DNA of 64,000 nucleotides from Granulicella sp. (GCA_027339965.1 DAHWNL010000030.1:1-64000), one strand, 5' to 3'; positions 34,139 to 45,228 are shown, counted from the stretch's first letter. The notes: generated from the letters alone by a model not told the origin. Program-made: numbers and translations.

Positions 34139-35332
34139 TTGTCCACAAAGAGCTTTCGAGAAGCCACGATTGCCATTCGCGGTGGCCGCGCGCTGGACAG
34201 CCATGCCAGTTCCATCCTCTTTCCTCTTTATCAGACCGGGAACTTCGTCCACGACGCCGTCGGCGTCGATAAGGGCTATAGCTATTCGCGAGTCTCCAAC
34301 CCCACTGTGGATGCGCTGGAAGGCTCCCTTGCGGCGCTGGAAGGAACGCCTTCGGCCGTCAGTTTCCGGACGGGCATGGCCGCTATCACCACACTTTGCT
34401 TCTCTCTGCTGCGAAGCGGCGACCACGCCATCCTGTCCGACGTCATCTACGGCGGCACCATGCGCCTCTTCCGAGAGGTGCTCAATCCTTTAGGCATCCA
34501 CGGAGATTTCATCGACACCTCCAACACGGTGAACATAGAGGCCAGCATACGGCCCGAAACACGCTTGATTCTCATCGAGACTCCCGGCAATCCCACTCTC
34601 AAGATCACCGATATTCAAGCGATCTCCCGGATCGCCAGACGGCACTCGATCCTGCTGGCCGTGGACAACACTTTTCTGACCCCGATCCTGCAGCGTCCCT
34701 TCGAGCTTGGCGCCGATATTTCCATCCTTTCCACCACGAAATACATTGATGGACACAATGCCACCGTGGGAGGTTCCCTGGCCACCCACGACGAGCAGTT
34801 GACCGAGCGTCTGCGCCTGATTCGCAAGACGCTGGGCACCATTCAAGCGCCCTTTGAAGCATGGTTGACATTGCAGGGGATAAAGACCCTGCCGATGCGG
34901 CTGCGCCTGCACTGCGCCGGAGCACTGCGCATCGCGAAGTGGCTGGAGATCCATCCCGCGGTCAAGTACGTCTTCTACCCCGGTCTACCCAGCTTCCCGC
35001 AACAGGCGCTGGCCGCCCAGCAGCAGCGCGGCGGTGGAGGCATCGTCGCCTTCGAGCTCAAAGGTGGGGCGGAGGCCGCCCGGCAAACTCTCAACCGCCT
35101 CCAGCTCTGCTCCCGCGCCGAGAGCCTCGGTGGAGTCGAGACGCTGGTCACCCATCCCTCCACCACCACCCACGCTGACCTGGACCCCGACCTGCGCCAG
35201 GCGCTCGGCATCAGCGATGGCCTGATCCGTATCTCCGTTGGCCTGGAAGATCCTGAAGACCTTATCGCTGACCTCGGCCAAGCCATCGCTGCCACGGGTT
35301 CTCACCTCCGCGCCCGGAAGGACAAGCTATGA
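34139..35332 (+). CDS. Cystathionine gamma-synthase-like PLP enzyme (MetB/MetI)
   Basis: YSRVSNPT, GMAAI, YGGT, ETPGNP, VDNTF, STTKYIDGH, SLGGVETL; TTG start after AAGGAGA. Confidence 0.88.
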   Translation: MSTKSFREATIAIRGGRALDSHASSILFPLYQTGNFVHDAVGVDKGYSYSRVSNPTVDALEGSLAALEGTPSAVSFRTGMAAITTLCFSLLRSGDHAILSDVIYGGTMRLFREVLNPLGIHGDFIDTSNTVNIEASIRPETRLILIETPGNPTLKITDIQAISRIARRHSILLAVDNTFLTPILQRPFELGADISILSTTKYIDGHNATVGGSLATHDEQLTERLRLIRKTLGTIQAPFEAWLTLQGIKTLPMRLRLHCAGALRIAKWLEIHPAVKYVFYPGLPSFPQQALAAQQQRGGGGIVAFELKGGAEAARQTLNRLQLCSRAESLGGVETLVTHPSTTTHADLDPDLRQALGISDGLIRISVGLEDPEDLIADLGQAIAATGSHLRARKDKL

Positions 35333-36504
35333 AGTTCGCCACCCGGCTGGTCAACTTTCCAGCCGCACCCAAGGATCCCTACCGGCCCAGTGTCACACCC
35401 ATCTATCAGACCGCGACCTTCGAGCGGGAGACAATGGATGCCTCTGGCGAGTTTGACTACTCCCGCAGCGGTAATCCCACCCGTACGGTCGCAGAGCGCC
35501 AACTGGCTAGCCTCGAGAATGGAACCCGCGCCTTCTGTTTCTCCAGCGGCATGGCGGCGATCAGCGCCGTCACCGGACTGCTGCGTAGCGGCGACGAGAT
35601 CCTCTCCGACATCGATCTGTATGGGGGAACCTGCCGCTTGTTCTCCCGGGTTCTCAACCGCTCCGGCATCCGCGCGAACTACGCGGATGCGCTCGATCCC
35701 GAAGGCTTCGCTCAGCATCTCACTCCAGCCACCAAACTGATCCACATCGAGTCGCCCACTAATCCCCTTTTTCACATTTTGGACATCCAGCGACTCGCAT
35801 CGGTAGCGCACGCCCACGGAGCGCTTCTGTCGATCGACAACAGCGTCATGTCCCCCTACCTGCAGAATCCCCTCGACATGGGTGCCGACATCGTGATTCA
35901 CTCCGGCACCAAGTTCCTCGGCGGACATCACGACGTCACCTGTGGAGCGGTGATCGTCAAAGACGAGAGGTTAGCCGGCCAGATCCGTTTTATCAGCAAC
36001 GCGGAGGGCGCCGCCCTCTCGCCCTTTGACAGCTTTTTGCTGCTGCGCGGCCTTCAGACCCTCAAACTGCGCATCGACTGCCAGCAAAGGAACGCCATGG
36101 CCGTGGCCAAATGGCTGGCGGAACGCAAGGAGGTGACCCAGGTCTTTTACCCCGGGCTCGCCGCGGACGCCGCTTATCAACTGCACCAGCGGCAGGCATC
36201 CGGCCCGGGCTCGGTCATGAGCTTCTCCACCGGCTCCGTCGCTCTCTCCAAGGCCATTGCAGAGTCCGCCCGCCTCTTTCACATCGCAGTCAGCTTTGGC
36301 AGCGTCAGCTCCTCCATCAGCATGCCCGCCACCATGTCGCACGCCAGCGTCCCTCCCGAACTGCTCGCCAAACGCGATCTCCCACCCGATCTGCTGCGCG
36401 TCTCGGTCGGCGTTGAAGATGAAGAAGACCTGATCGCCGACCTCGGTCAGGCCTTCGAACGAGCCTCCCGGCTGGCTTCGCCCGCAACTGTTACGGGTGT
36501 CTGA
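35329..36504 (+). CDS. Cystathionine beta-lyase-like PLP enzyme (MetC type)
   Basis: YSRSGNPT, ESPTNP, HSGTKFLGGHHD, VSFGSVSSSISMP..MSHAS; ATGA overlap with the preceding gene. Confidence 0.88.
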   Translation: MKFATRLVNFPAAPKDPYRPSVTPIYQTATFERETMDASGEFDYSRSGNPTRTVAERQLASLENGTRAFCFSSGMAAISAVTGLLRSGDEILSDIDLYGGTCRLFSRVLNRSGIRANYADALDPEGFAQHLTPATKLIHIESPTNPLFHILDIQRLASVAHAHGALLSIDNSVMSPYLQNPLDMGADIVIHSGTKFLGGHHDVTCGAVIVKDERLAGQIRFISNAEGAALSPFDSFLLLRGLQTLKLRIDCQQRNAMAVAKWLAERKEVTQVFYPGLAADAAYQLHQRQASGPGSVMSFSTGSVALSKAIAESARLFHIAVSFGSVSSSISMPATMSHASVPPELLAKRDLPPDLLRVSVGVEDEEDLIADLGQAFERASRLASPATVTGV

Positions 36505-36548
36505 AGCCATCACCGCAACGATGACAATAGCTATACTCGTAGATAGTC

Positions 36549-37934
36549 ATGTTTGAAACGCTCTCCGAAAAACTCCAACGCTCTTTCAAGACCCTGCGCG
36601 GCCAGGGCACGCTCACCGACGAAAACATCAACGAAGCCCTGCGTGAGATCCGCGTCGCCTTGCTGGAATCTGACGTCAATCTCGACGTCGCCCGAGATTT
36701 GATCGAAAAGATTCGCGCCAAGGCATTGGGTTCAGCCGTCGCCACCGCGCTCTCGCCGGCCGAGCAGATCGTCAAGAGCGTCCGTGATGAATTGATTGTT
36801 ACTTTGGGCACAGATACGGCGCGTTTCAAGTTTGCTTCCCAGCCGCCTTCGGTCATTTTGATGGCCGGCCTGCAGGGTTCCGGCAAGACGACCACCTCCG
36901 GCAAGCTGGCCCATTGGCTCAAAAAGGGTGGTCACCGGCCTATGCTGGTCTCCGTCGATGTCTACCGCCCCGCCGCCCGCGAGCAACTCGCCATCGTCGC
37001 CCGCTCCATCAACGCCCAGATGTACGAAGGCAAACTGGATGCCACCGCCGGTGCCGGCACAGATGACGTGCTCCGCCTGGCGAAGGAAGCCCGTCGCGAG
37101 GCAGCCAACTACGGCTGCGACATCCTAATCGTGGATACCGCGGGACGCCTCGGCATCGACGAGGCCCTCATGGAGGAGATGGCCCAGCTCAAAAAGCTGC
37201 TCTCCCCCACCGAGATTCTCTTTGTCGCCGACGCCATGACCGGCCAGGATGCCGTCAACTCCGCCAAAGCCTTCAACGACAAGCTGCAGATCACCGGAGC
37301 CATTCTCACCAAGATGGACGGAGACTCCCGTGGCGGCGCCGCGCTCTCCATCCGGCAGATCACCGGCCAGCCCATCAAGTTCCTCGGTACCGGAGAGAAG
37401 CCAGACGCCTTTGAGCCCTTCCATCCCGACCGCATCGTCAGCCGCATCATGGGCATGGGCGATATTGCCACGCTGCTCGAACGCGCTGATGAGAAGCTGG
37501 ACAAGAGCAAGGCCGCCGACTTCGCAAAAAAGGCTCTCTCCGGCGACGGCTTCTCTCTGGAAGACTTCCGTGAGCAACTCCGCCAGATCAAGAAGCTCGG
37601 CAGCATGCAGTCCATCCTCAAGATGCTCCCCTCCGTCGGCCCCTTCGCCCAGATGCAGAAGGCCGCTGGCTCCATCGACGAGAAGCAGTTCAGCCGCGTC
37701 GAGACAATCATCGATTCCATGACCCGCAAAGAGCGCCAGAATGCGTCCATCATCAACGGCAGCCGCCGCAAGCGCATAGCCGCCGGCTCAGGAACCACTG
37801 TGCAGGAGGTCAACAGTCTCCTCCGCCAGCACCAGCAGATGAGCAAGATGTTCAAAACCATGGGCTCAGGAGGAGGCAAGATGCAGCAACGGCTCATGAG
37901 CCAGCTAGGCAGCGGCCAAAGGTTCGGCCGCTAA
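36549..37934 (+). CDS. ffh: Signal recognition particle protein
   Basis: GLQGSGKTT, DVYRPAA, DTAGR, TKMDGD, Met-rich M domain, SRRKRIAAGSG. Confidence 0.98.
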   Translation: MFETLSEKLQRSFKTLRGQGTLTDENINEALREIRVALLESDVNLDVARDLIEKIRAKALGSAVATALSPAEQIVKSVRDELIVTLGTDTARFKFASQPPSVILMAGLQGSGKTTTSGKLAHWLKKGGHRPMLVSVDVYRPAAREQLAIVARSINAQMYEGKLDATAGAGTDDVLRLAKEARREAANYGCDILIVDTAGRLGIDEALMEEMAQLKKLLSPTEILFVADAMTGQDAVNSAKAFNDKLQITGAILTKMDGDSRGGAALSIRQITGQPIKFLGTGEKPDAFEPFHPDRIVSRIMGMGDIATLLERADEKLDKSKAADFAKKALSGDGFSLEDFREQLRQIKKLGSMQSILKMLPSVGPFAQMQKAAGSIDEKQFSRVETIIDSMTRKERQNASIINGSRRKRIAAGSGTTVQEVNSLLRQHQQMSKMFKTMGSGGGKMQQRLMSQLGSGQRFGR

Positions 37935-38048
37935 AGCGTTTTCAGTGCAGGTGTAACGCGACGCCTCGACCTCCATGAGCGTTTTCCCCAATGAAAACGC
38001 CACTGCACGCCCTCTCCGGTGTACCCAGCAACACTGAAAATGCTATAG
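37931..38048 (+). mobile_element. MITE-like ~118-bp element, copy 3 (left end overlaps the ffh stop codon)
   Basis: CTAAAGCGTTTTCAGTG...CACTGAAAATGCTATAG. Confidence 0.85.
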
Positions 38049-38185
38049 AGTTTTCTCCGTGCCAGCCATGCCCGCTCAAAAATCCCAAGCCATGCATGCG
38101 CTGAGGGTGTGCGACGTAAAAATGAAGCCGTTGCGGCTGCTCTCTTTTTTGCCCATGTGCCTAGCGGATGTTATACGCTAGGCAC

Positions 38186-38599
38186 ATGGAGAGTGTCCCC
38201 ATGACCGATTGGCTTGCTGACCTTGAAAATCGCCGCTCTGGACTGATTGAGCAGATTGCGCTGCTCGGCGACTTCCGCCCCGGGTCCATTTCGGCAACCA
38301 GAGGCCGTTGCGGCAATCCGAACTGCCATTGCCATGAGTCCGGCGACCCCGGTCATGGCCCGAACCTGAGACTGACGTACAAGGTAGGCGGCAAGACTGT
38401 TACCGAGACTTTTCCCACCGTGGCCGCGCAGCGAAAGGCGGAGCGCGAGATCGCCGGGTTCCGGCGCTATAGAGAGCTGAGCCGTGAACTGGTCGATATC
38501 AACGAAAAGATCTGCCGCGTCCGGCCCGTGGAAGATACGCTCACGACACAGGAAAAAAAACGGCCGCGGCGATCCAAGCCGAGGTCGCACGCGAAGTAG
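38186..38599 (+). CDS. IS accessory ORF (DUF6788-like, Cys/His motif)
   Basis: RPGSIS...RCGNPNCHC...GHGP motif; lies inside the IS and ends past an A8 run. Confidence 0.75.
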   Translation: MESVPMTDWLADLENRRSGLIEQIALLGDFRPGSISATRGRCGNPNCHCHESGDPGHGPNLRLTYKVGGKTVTETFPTVAAQRKAEREIAGFRRYRELSRELVDINEKICRVRPVEDTLTTQEKKRPRRSKPRSHAK

Positions 38600-39826
38600 C
38601 CCTGCTGCTGGGCCGCGTCTTCGCCGAACCAAGGCAGACGGGGGCATGGATCTGGAGGCGATGGAAATGGCCTTGCGCGCCGGTATGCATCGGGCCGGAG
38701 CCGCGGCTCTCAGCCAACTGTTGCAGTTCCCCGAGCCCGCCCCGGACCAGCGCGCCGTCCTTACTACTTGTGCCCGCACGGCCATCGAGGCCAGTTTCCC
38801 GCCGACGCGGAACTGGACATAGAGAACACGGAGTTCTCGCCTGGGGTGCGACGCATGCAAGCTCTGGTAGGCCAGGATGCGCCCTTCGATCAGGGCCGCG
38901 AACAGATGAAATTGCTGGCCGGTCTGGAAGTAACTGCCAAGTCGGTGGAGCGTACTGCGGAAGGTATCGGAGAAGATATCGCCCGGCGCGAGCGAGAAGA
39001 AATCGAGAAAGCGATCCAACTGGATCTGCCCGTCGTCGTTGGCAAGCCGATGCCGGTTCTCTATGTGGAAATGGATGGGACCGGAGTGCCGGTGGTGAAG
39101 GAAGAAACCGTGGGCCGCCAAGGCAAGGCAAACGGCGTGCCGGCCCATACGCGGGAGGTCAAGCTAGGGTGCGTGTTCACCCAAACCAGCTACGACAAGG
39201 AGGGCTTCCCCATCCGCGATCCGGATTCCACCACTTATACCGGAGCCATCGAGACCGCCGAGGAATTTGGCAAACGCATCTACCTCGAAGCGTCCCAACG
39301 CGGCTGGGATCGCGCAGCAAAGAAAGTCGTCCTGGCCGATGGCGCCGAATGGATTTGGAATCTCGCCGGCCTGCATTTTCCGGGAGCAATCGAGATGGTC
39401 GATTTCTATCACGCCCGGCAACACCTGTGGGACTTGGCGCGCCGCTTGCACCCCAATGACGCCGTCAACCAGAAGGCGTGGATGAAGAAACATCAGCGGC
39501 TGCTCGACAAGGGAAAGATCGAAAAACTTGTCCTCCGCCTCCGCTCCATCGATTCAAGCAACCCCGAAGCAACCGAGAAGGTTCGGATGGAGGCGGCCTC
39601 CTTGGAGAGAAATGCCGAGCGTATGCGCTACCCCAAGTTCCGCCCCCAGCACTTGTTTGTCGGCTCCGGCGTCATCGAAGCAGGATGCAAAACCGTCATC
39701 GGTTCCCGACTCCAGCAGTCCGGCATGTTCTGGACCGTCCGGGGCGCAAACGCCATCGTTGCCCTCCGCTGCTGCCATCTCAACCGCCAATTCGAGGACT
39801 ACTGGGAATCCCGCCGTGCAGCGTAA
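38551..39826 (+). pseudogene. ISKra4-family DDE transposase, N-terminal region disrupted
   Basis: Intact C-terminal part (EMDGTGVP, LADGAEWIW, DFYHARQHL, GSGVIEAGCK, GMFW) from 38768; N-terminal pieces lie in other frames with breaks near 38645 and 38760. Confidence 0.8.
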
Positions 39827-40170
39827 CCTCCACTTTTATGTCGCGCACCCATGCGCTGAGGCAATGAATCTTCCCTTGCGTTGAGCCCACCCGATGCAAG
39901 AGATACGGCTTTCCATTCACCATCCTGACGCCATACTGCCCGGAGCATTCCTCCCTGGTTTACGGATGCAGAGACTGGATAGCCAGTAGCTCAACTCCAT
40001 CCTGACCCGATGCGGGCGGTTTCGGGAGCGCTGCTCCCAAATGCTCCGCCTGGCCTATCGTCCCAAAGAAATCGCCAAGGTGGAACCCGGGCGCGGGCCA
40101 CCGCGACCTCGGCATCGCTCCTGCCCAAGTCCTTCCCGCTCTGAGATCACGGCTGCCGGGGCGCGCCAGC

Positions 40171-40202
40171 CTCACCTCAGAGCTCACCTCAGAGCTCACC
40201 TC
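40171..40202. repeat. 12-bp tandem repeat CTCACCTCAGAG, ~2.7 copies
   Basis: Read directly. Confidence 0.8.
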
Positions 40203-40212
40203 CGATTCGCTT

Positions 40213-41874
40213 TCAAAGGATCTTCTCGATGGCGCTTCGCGTCAGTCTGTCACCCGCATTCCGCACGGACTCCAACAAGGCGTCGATCTGCGCGTGGGTG
40301 GTGCGATGATTCACGATGGCGGCGCGGATCACGACTCGACCCCGGATCCTGGTGGCAGAAGGCGCAACCTCGCCCCCCTCCTGCACGGCAATCACAATCT
40401 GGCGGTTCAATCCGTCCAGACGCTCCTCATCCTGTGCAGCGTCCTCTACCAACTCCTGGCCGGCGTCTTCGATCCGCCGCACCCCCCGGAATCGGAAACA
40501 GGCGATGTTCAACTCGACCGGCGCCATCATCTCCAGCTCTGCCATCCTGCTCACCCGGCTCTCCAGATAGCGGGCAAGCCGACAAGTATGGCTCACAACC
40601 TCTCCCAGCGCTTGCGTTCCGTAAACCTTCAATGTGGTCCAAACCTTAAGCGCCCGGAAGCTTCGGGAAAGGTCTGGGCCAAGATCGCAGGGCCACGGCG
40701 ATCCGGCGGCAATTCCCTGCTCTTCTCGCCCCAAATAGGCGGCGCTGGTGACAAAGGCGGCTTGTTGCAGCACTCCGTCTCTCACCAGAAGGAATCCGGC
40801 ATCGTAGGGAACCTGCGCCCATTTGTGAAAGTCGAAGGCCAGCGAATCGGCTCTCTCGATGCCCTTGAGCCGCCCAGCCAGCTCTGAGCAGAGCATGGCG
40901 AGCGCTCCAAACGCTCCGTCAACGTGGAACCACATCTGCTCCCGCGCACAGATGTCCGCCAGGTCGTTCAGGTCGTCGATGGCGCCGGTGTCCACCGTTC
41001 CCGCCGTCCCCACCAACAGAAAAGGTGTCAAGCCTTGACCGCGGTCCCGGGCCAGCTGCGCGGACAGAGCCTGCAAGTCCAGGCGATGCCTCCGGTCCAC
41101 ACCGATCAGCCGCAAGGCGTCACTGCCCAGCCCAACCATATCCATCGCCCGCGTGACGCAAGCGTGCACCTCGGTGGAGGCATAGGCGACTAGCCTCCCG
41201 GCGGCCGCCATCTGCCCCAGACCCTTGCATCGAACCTCGAAGCCCAGCCTGGCATCCCGCGCTACTTTCACGGCGACGAAGTTGGCCATCGATGAGCCGG
41301 TGACAAACAGCCCCGACGCACCGTCAGGAAATCCGAATACACCTCGCATCCACTCTGTAATCTGCCGCTCGACGTCCACGGGAATCTGATCACGTCCCCC
41401 CAGGTTAGCGTTCAGCCATGCGGCCAGCATTTCCGCCAGGGCACCTACAGGCGTGCCCCCGCCCTGCGCCCAGCCCATAAATCCAGGATGACCATTGCGA
41501 GATGCATAGGGAAGGATGAACTGCAGGAACTCCCGGTGCACTTGCTCCAGCGATGTAGGCTGCACCGGTAACTCCTGGCGGAAACGGTCACGCACCGCTT
41601 GCGGAATCTTTTGCCAGACCGGTTGCTGTCCTATGCTTTCGGTGTAGTTCAGCATGTCCTCCAGCATGCGGTGCGCTTGGATGCGTAGAGCGTCCCATGG
41701 CTTCGGGTCCAGAGTTCGCTCGGGAAAGCCCTCTGGGGCGAGAGGCGGCTGGTTGACCTCCCTCTGAACGGGGACAGGTTGATGCAGCAAGGCCAGCGTT
41801 GCCATCTCTGTCTTCGATGCGCTCCCTGCGCTTGGGTCACTCTGCATCTTCTCCACCTTTCCGGTCTTCGCCAT
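40213..41874 (-). CDS. Group II PLP-dependent decarboxylase (DDC/GAD family)
   Basis: HPGFMGW, GLFVTGSSMAN, GTAGTVDTGAID, WFHVDGAFG, DSLAFDFHKW, SRSFRALKVW; start uncertain. Confidence 0.9.
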   Translation of the reverse strand: MAKTGKVEKMQSDPSAGSASKTEMATLALLHQPVPVQREVNQPPLAPEGFPERTLDPKPWDALRIQAHRMLEDMLNYTESIGQQPVWQKIPQAVRDRFRQELPVQPTSLEQVHREFLQFILPYASRNGHPGFMGWAQGGGTPVGALAEMLAAWLNANLGGRDQIPVDVERQITEWMRGVFGFPDGASGLFVTGSSMANFVAVKVARDARLGFEVRCKGLGQMAAAGRLVAYASTEVHACVTRAMDMVGLGSDALRLIGVDRRHRLDLQALSAQLARDRGQGLTPFLLVGTAGTVDTGAIDDLNDLADICAREQMWFHVDGAFGALAMLCSELAGRLKGIERADSLAFDFHKWAQVPYDAGFLLVRDGVLQQAAFVTSAAYLGREEQGIAAGSPWPCDLGPDLSRSFRALKVWTTLKVYGTQALGEVVSHTCRLARYLESRVSRMAELEMMAPVELNIACFRFRGVRRIEDAGQELVEDAAQDEERLDGLNRQIVIAVQEGGEVAPSATRIRGRVVIRAAIVNHRTTHAQIDALLESVRNAGDRLTRSAIEKIL

Positions 41875-42516
41875 GTACCCTTGTTGCCGCCGTCTGATCT
41901 CGGGAGCGGTCTCCCGCCTCGATCCAGGGTGCAATCCAGGGTCCGATCCAGGAAACCCCATGGCGGCCAGCCCTTCCTGCACTGCAATTTGCTCTCCAGA
42001 TTTCTGTAGCCGGCCCGATGCGGCCCCGCATCCTCTCCCTGGCTCTACGAGCCCATCCAGTTTCATTTTATAAGTGCGGAGCGAGCTTGCCCCCTAGCCT
42101 GCCCCCTGGAAAGCCGTGGCGAAAGCAGAGCCAGAGATCCTCCACTTGCTCTCATCGAACTCTCATGAAAGCGGTGCAGCGAGTTCCTGTGCGGGATCCT
42201 CCTGGCCGATCTCTCTGCTTCCTGTCGCTGCTCGAAGCCGCCCGCAATCGGGCTCGGCAAGCAGTTCAATGTAGCTCGATGTCGTCTGGCTTCTGCCCCG
42301 TATCTCCTGATCTGCCAAGGGACACGCCAAGGGACAACGAGCGACAATCTCCGGCAAGGGCGTTACACTGAGAGCGATTCCGCAGCCGATGATCGATCGA
42401 AGCCTGCGTGTTAGCGGCTTCCTCCAGAGGGGTAAGCGATGCCGTGCCCAAGGATGGAGATCAACCCCGCCGAGTGACTCTGCACATCTTCTCAAGGTCG
42501 TAACGGAGCGAACGCC

Positions 42517-43206
42517 ATGCATCTCAGGCTCGAATCTGCCTTCGTAGGCAACGTCCATATCATCCGATGCAACGGGGCCATCGTCCTGGGGGAAGAGAGC
42601 GGCGCTCTGGAGGGCGCTTTCAGGGAGCGATCCATGGCGTACACCCACTTTGTCCTGACGCTGACTGAAGTAACCCGCCTGGACAGCATCGGTCTGGGAT
42701 TGATCGCTCGATACATGACCGCCGTCCGCCAGCGCGGGGGCGACCTTCGCATTGCTGCTCCCTCTGGCTTTGTCTCCAGTCTGCTCAACAAGACGATGCT
42801 CTCGACCGTCATCCGGATCTTCCCCACGGAAGCGGAGGCTGTCGCCTCTTATCATGTCAAATCTGATTCCCGATCGGCGGCATCACACGGCGGACCGCGC
42901 GTTCTGGCGATCGACCCCTCTCTGGATCTGTGCGCCTTTGTCCGCACCGTTCTTACCCAGCACCACTTCGCGGTCCATACCTGCAACATGCTGCAGGACG
43001 CAAAGACCATTCTTCGTTCTAACCCCACGGAGATTCTTCTACTTGGCCCTGGTTCGGCCCATCTCTCCCCGGACACCATGGCCCAGAGTCTGGGTTCCAT
43101 CGCTCCAGAGGCAACCATCTTTCGGCTTCCTCCAGAGTTCAAGACACAAAACGCTCAGGAGGCCGCTCGCATCCTTCTTGCGATCTTCGGCATCCCTGAA
43201 AATTGA
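42517..43206 (+). CDS. STAS (anti-anti-sigma) domain protein with a degenerate receiver-like C-terminus
   Basis: VTRLDSIGLG, RGGDLRI, IFPTEAEAVAS, then RVLAID...ILLLG. Confidence 0.8.
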   Translation: MHLRLESAFVGNVHIIRCNGAIVLGEESGALEGAFRERSMAYTHFVLTLTEVTRLDSIGLGLIARYMTAVRQRGGDLRIAAPSGFVSSLLNKTMLSTVIRIFPTEAEAVASYHVKSDSRSAASHGGPRVLAIDPSLDLCAFVRTVLTQHHFAVHTCNMLQDAKTILRSNPTEILLLGPGSAHLSPDTMAQSLGSIAPEATIFRLPPEFKTQNAQEAARILLAIFGIPEN

Positions 43207-43409
43207 CGCACCTAATCGGGCCGCAGACCCACGGCGGAAGCCGGAACGCTCTCCCACGAGGCAAGCCCTCCGCGCTTCAAATAACCTTGTTCAAGGCAGA
43301 AACTCCTGAGGAAGCTCCTCACACGGCCGCTGCGCTCCGCAACGGTCCTGCCATCGCTTCCACTCCAAACCGTGGATCTTCCAAGGTACGGTGCTGCCGT
43401 CAAGCTGCA

Positions 43410-43889
43410 TCAATCCATTGGATTGAACATCAACACTTGAGGGTAAGAGTTTCCATCCCTGGTCGTCAGGGTCTCCCGCAACAGCAACGTGCCTTTATCC
43501 TTGGAGATGGACAATACTCCATCCAGGGTTGTTCCATCTGCGAATACGAGATGCTCGTGACCTTTGCGGTCGATTCCGAACTTGCTTCCTGGCAGATTTT
43601 CTACCGGCAACAACTCGCCGTTCTGCGGCCCCGTCCAGGACGCTTTGGTTGTCCGTCCGGAGCTGTCCTGAGTAACAAAGTTCATGCTAAGGTTGCTCGG
43701 CTTGTCGCTGGTGACGGTAAAGGTCACGGAGTTTAACCTCGGCCCACCGCCAAAGTCTGACCGAAGCTGATCCAGCTCCCAGTTGCTTGGCACGGGTAAC
43801 TTCGGACCTGATGGCCATCTGACCGCTGAGCACACGGTTGCTGCACACAACAACGGAACGACCGCTAGAAGCCTCCACCCACCTTTCAT
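43410..43889 (-). CDS. Hypothetical secreted protein
   Basis: Signal peptide MKGGWRLLAVVPLLCAA, beta-rich body with WELDQLRSDFG; GGGAAGAG RBS. Confidence 0.65.
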   Translation of the reverse strand: MKGGWRLLAVVPLLCAATVCSAVRWPSGPKLPVPSNWELDQLRSDFGGGPRLNSVTFTVTSDKPSNLSMNFVTQDSSGRTTKASWTGPQNGELLPVENLPGSKFGIDRKGHEHLVFADGTTLDGVLSISKDKGTLLLRETLTTRDGNSYPQVLMFNPMD

Positions 43890-44114
43890 CGCTCTTCCCC
43901 TCGCTGGCCCTGGACTTGTGCTACCTTCTTGAAGCTGGTTGATCATACCTCCGAGCATGGCGGCACGCAATACCTCTTCGAGCACTCTCTCGCTTGCCCC
44001 TGTAGCAACCCTGCTGGCCGGCAGAACCGCTCCGCGGCGATCTCCGGGCAGGTTCGAAGATCGCCCTGACCTCGCGTCGCGTCCCTTCTGGCGGAGAGCT
44101 ACACTAGAGAAGCG

Positions 44115-44843
44115 ATGCCTCGTTCCACGCCTTTGCAGGCCAAACTGGACAACATCACGACACAGACCCGGGCCTTGGTACAGCCTGAGCGCCTTGCCAT
44201 TACAGAAAGAGCCGTCCACGACCTTTTATTCACCGGCATCGAAGACCAAATCCTGCCGGTTGGCGCCATGGCGCCCCCGTTTGATCTTCCCGATGCAACG
44301 GCTACATCTCTTCGCAACTTATCTCCGGCCAACGCCCGCTTCATCCGCTCCTCTGACCTGCTGGCGATCGGGCCGCTCATCCTTCTGTTCTTCCGTGGGC
44401 GCTGGTGTCCTTATTGCATGACCCAGTTAGAAGCCTGGCAGGCCGCCTTTCCACAGGTCCGCGACCGCGGGGCCCTGCTGGTGGCGATCTCGCCCCAGCT
44501 CCCCCGCCAGAACGACTTCACCGCGCAGCACCACGGCCTGACGTATCCGCTGCTCTCGGATGCAGGCTGCCGGATCGCCGAGGCCTTCCGCGTGGCCTAC
44601 AACCTTCCCGAACCCCTCCAAGAGCACTATCGGTCCATGATGATACATCTCCCTTTCATCCATGGCGACCAAGGCTCCAATACTTGGAGGCTTCCGATCC
44701 CGGCTACCTTCATCCTTGCCCCCTCAGGCGAGATCCTCTTCGCCGAGGCCCATGCAGACCACCGAGTTCGTCCCGACCCCTACGACATCCTGGACGCGCT
44801 GGACAACTGGCGGCGCAGTAGCCTATCAGGACCCACTTCGTGA
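44115..44843 (+). CDS. Peroxiredoxin-like AhpC/TSA-family protein
   Basis: APPFDLPD, FFRGRWCPYC, LVAISPQ, LLSD, LPIPATFI. Confidence 0.9.
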   Translation: MPRSTPLQAKLDNITTQTRALVQPERLAITERAVHDLLFTGIEDQILPVGAMAPPFDLPDATATSLRNLSPANARFIRSSDLLAIGPLILLFFRGRWCPYCMTQLEAWQAAFPQVRDRGALLVAISPQLPRQNDFTAQHHGLTYPLLSDAGCRIAEAFRVAYNLPEPLQEHYRSMMIHLPFIHGDQGSNTWRLPIPATFILAPSGEILFAEAHADHRVRPDPYDILDALDNWRRSSLSGPTS

Positions 44844-45228
44844 GATCTCCCTGCGAGCCCAATTTCTGGTTGCTGAGAAGTATGGGAAACTTCGGCAATG
44901 AACACGGTCATGCTCTCCGCAAGCCTCTCTGGCGCAAGCCTCTCTCGATTGATAGGCTCCTGATAGACTCCACCCCCAAGGCCCAGGAAGGAACCGGCGG
45001 ACGGACAGGCGTCTCGGTTACCTGGTCCCCAAAGCCGACAGGGTTACCACGGACCTGAGCCATCTTCTGGACGAGATCCCACTCTTCGCCGGTCTATTTC
45101 CCAACCCGGAGTCGTAATTCCAATTGGGACCAGTGCCTCGACCGCCCGCTGTTCCAGTCTCATCCTTTCTTGTTCCATGCAGATACCTGTCTGCCCCGAG
45201 CGCCGCTGCATTCAGCCAGACCCAGCCT

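Larger units (their letters stand above)
38105..39850 (+). mobile_element. ISKra4-like insertion sequence (decayed)
   Basis: TIRs GGGTGTGCGACGTAAAAATGAAG / GGGTGCGCGACATAAAAGTGGAG (19/23 match); flanking 9-bp direct repeat ATGCGCTGA at 38096-38104 and 39851-39859. Confidence 0.9.
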
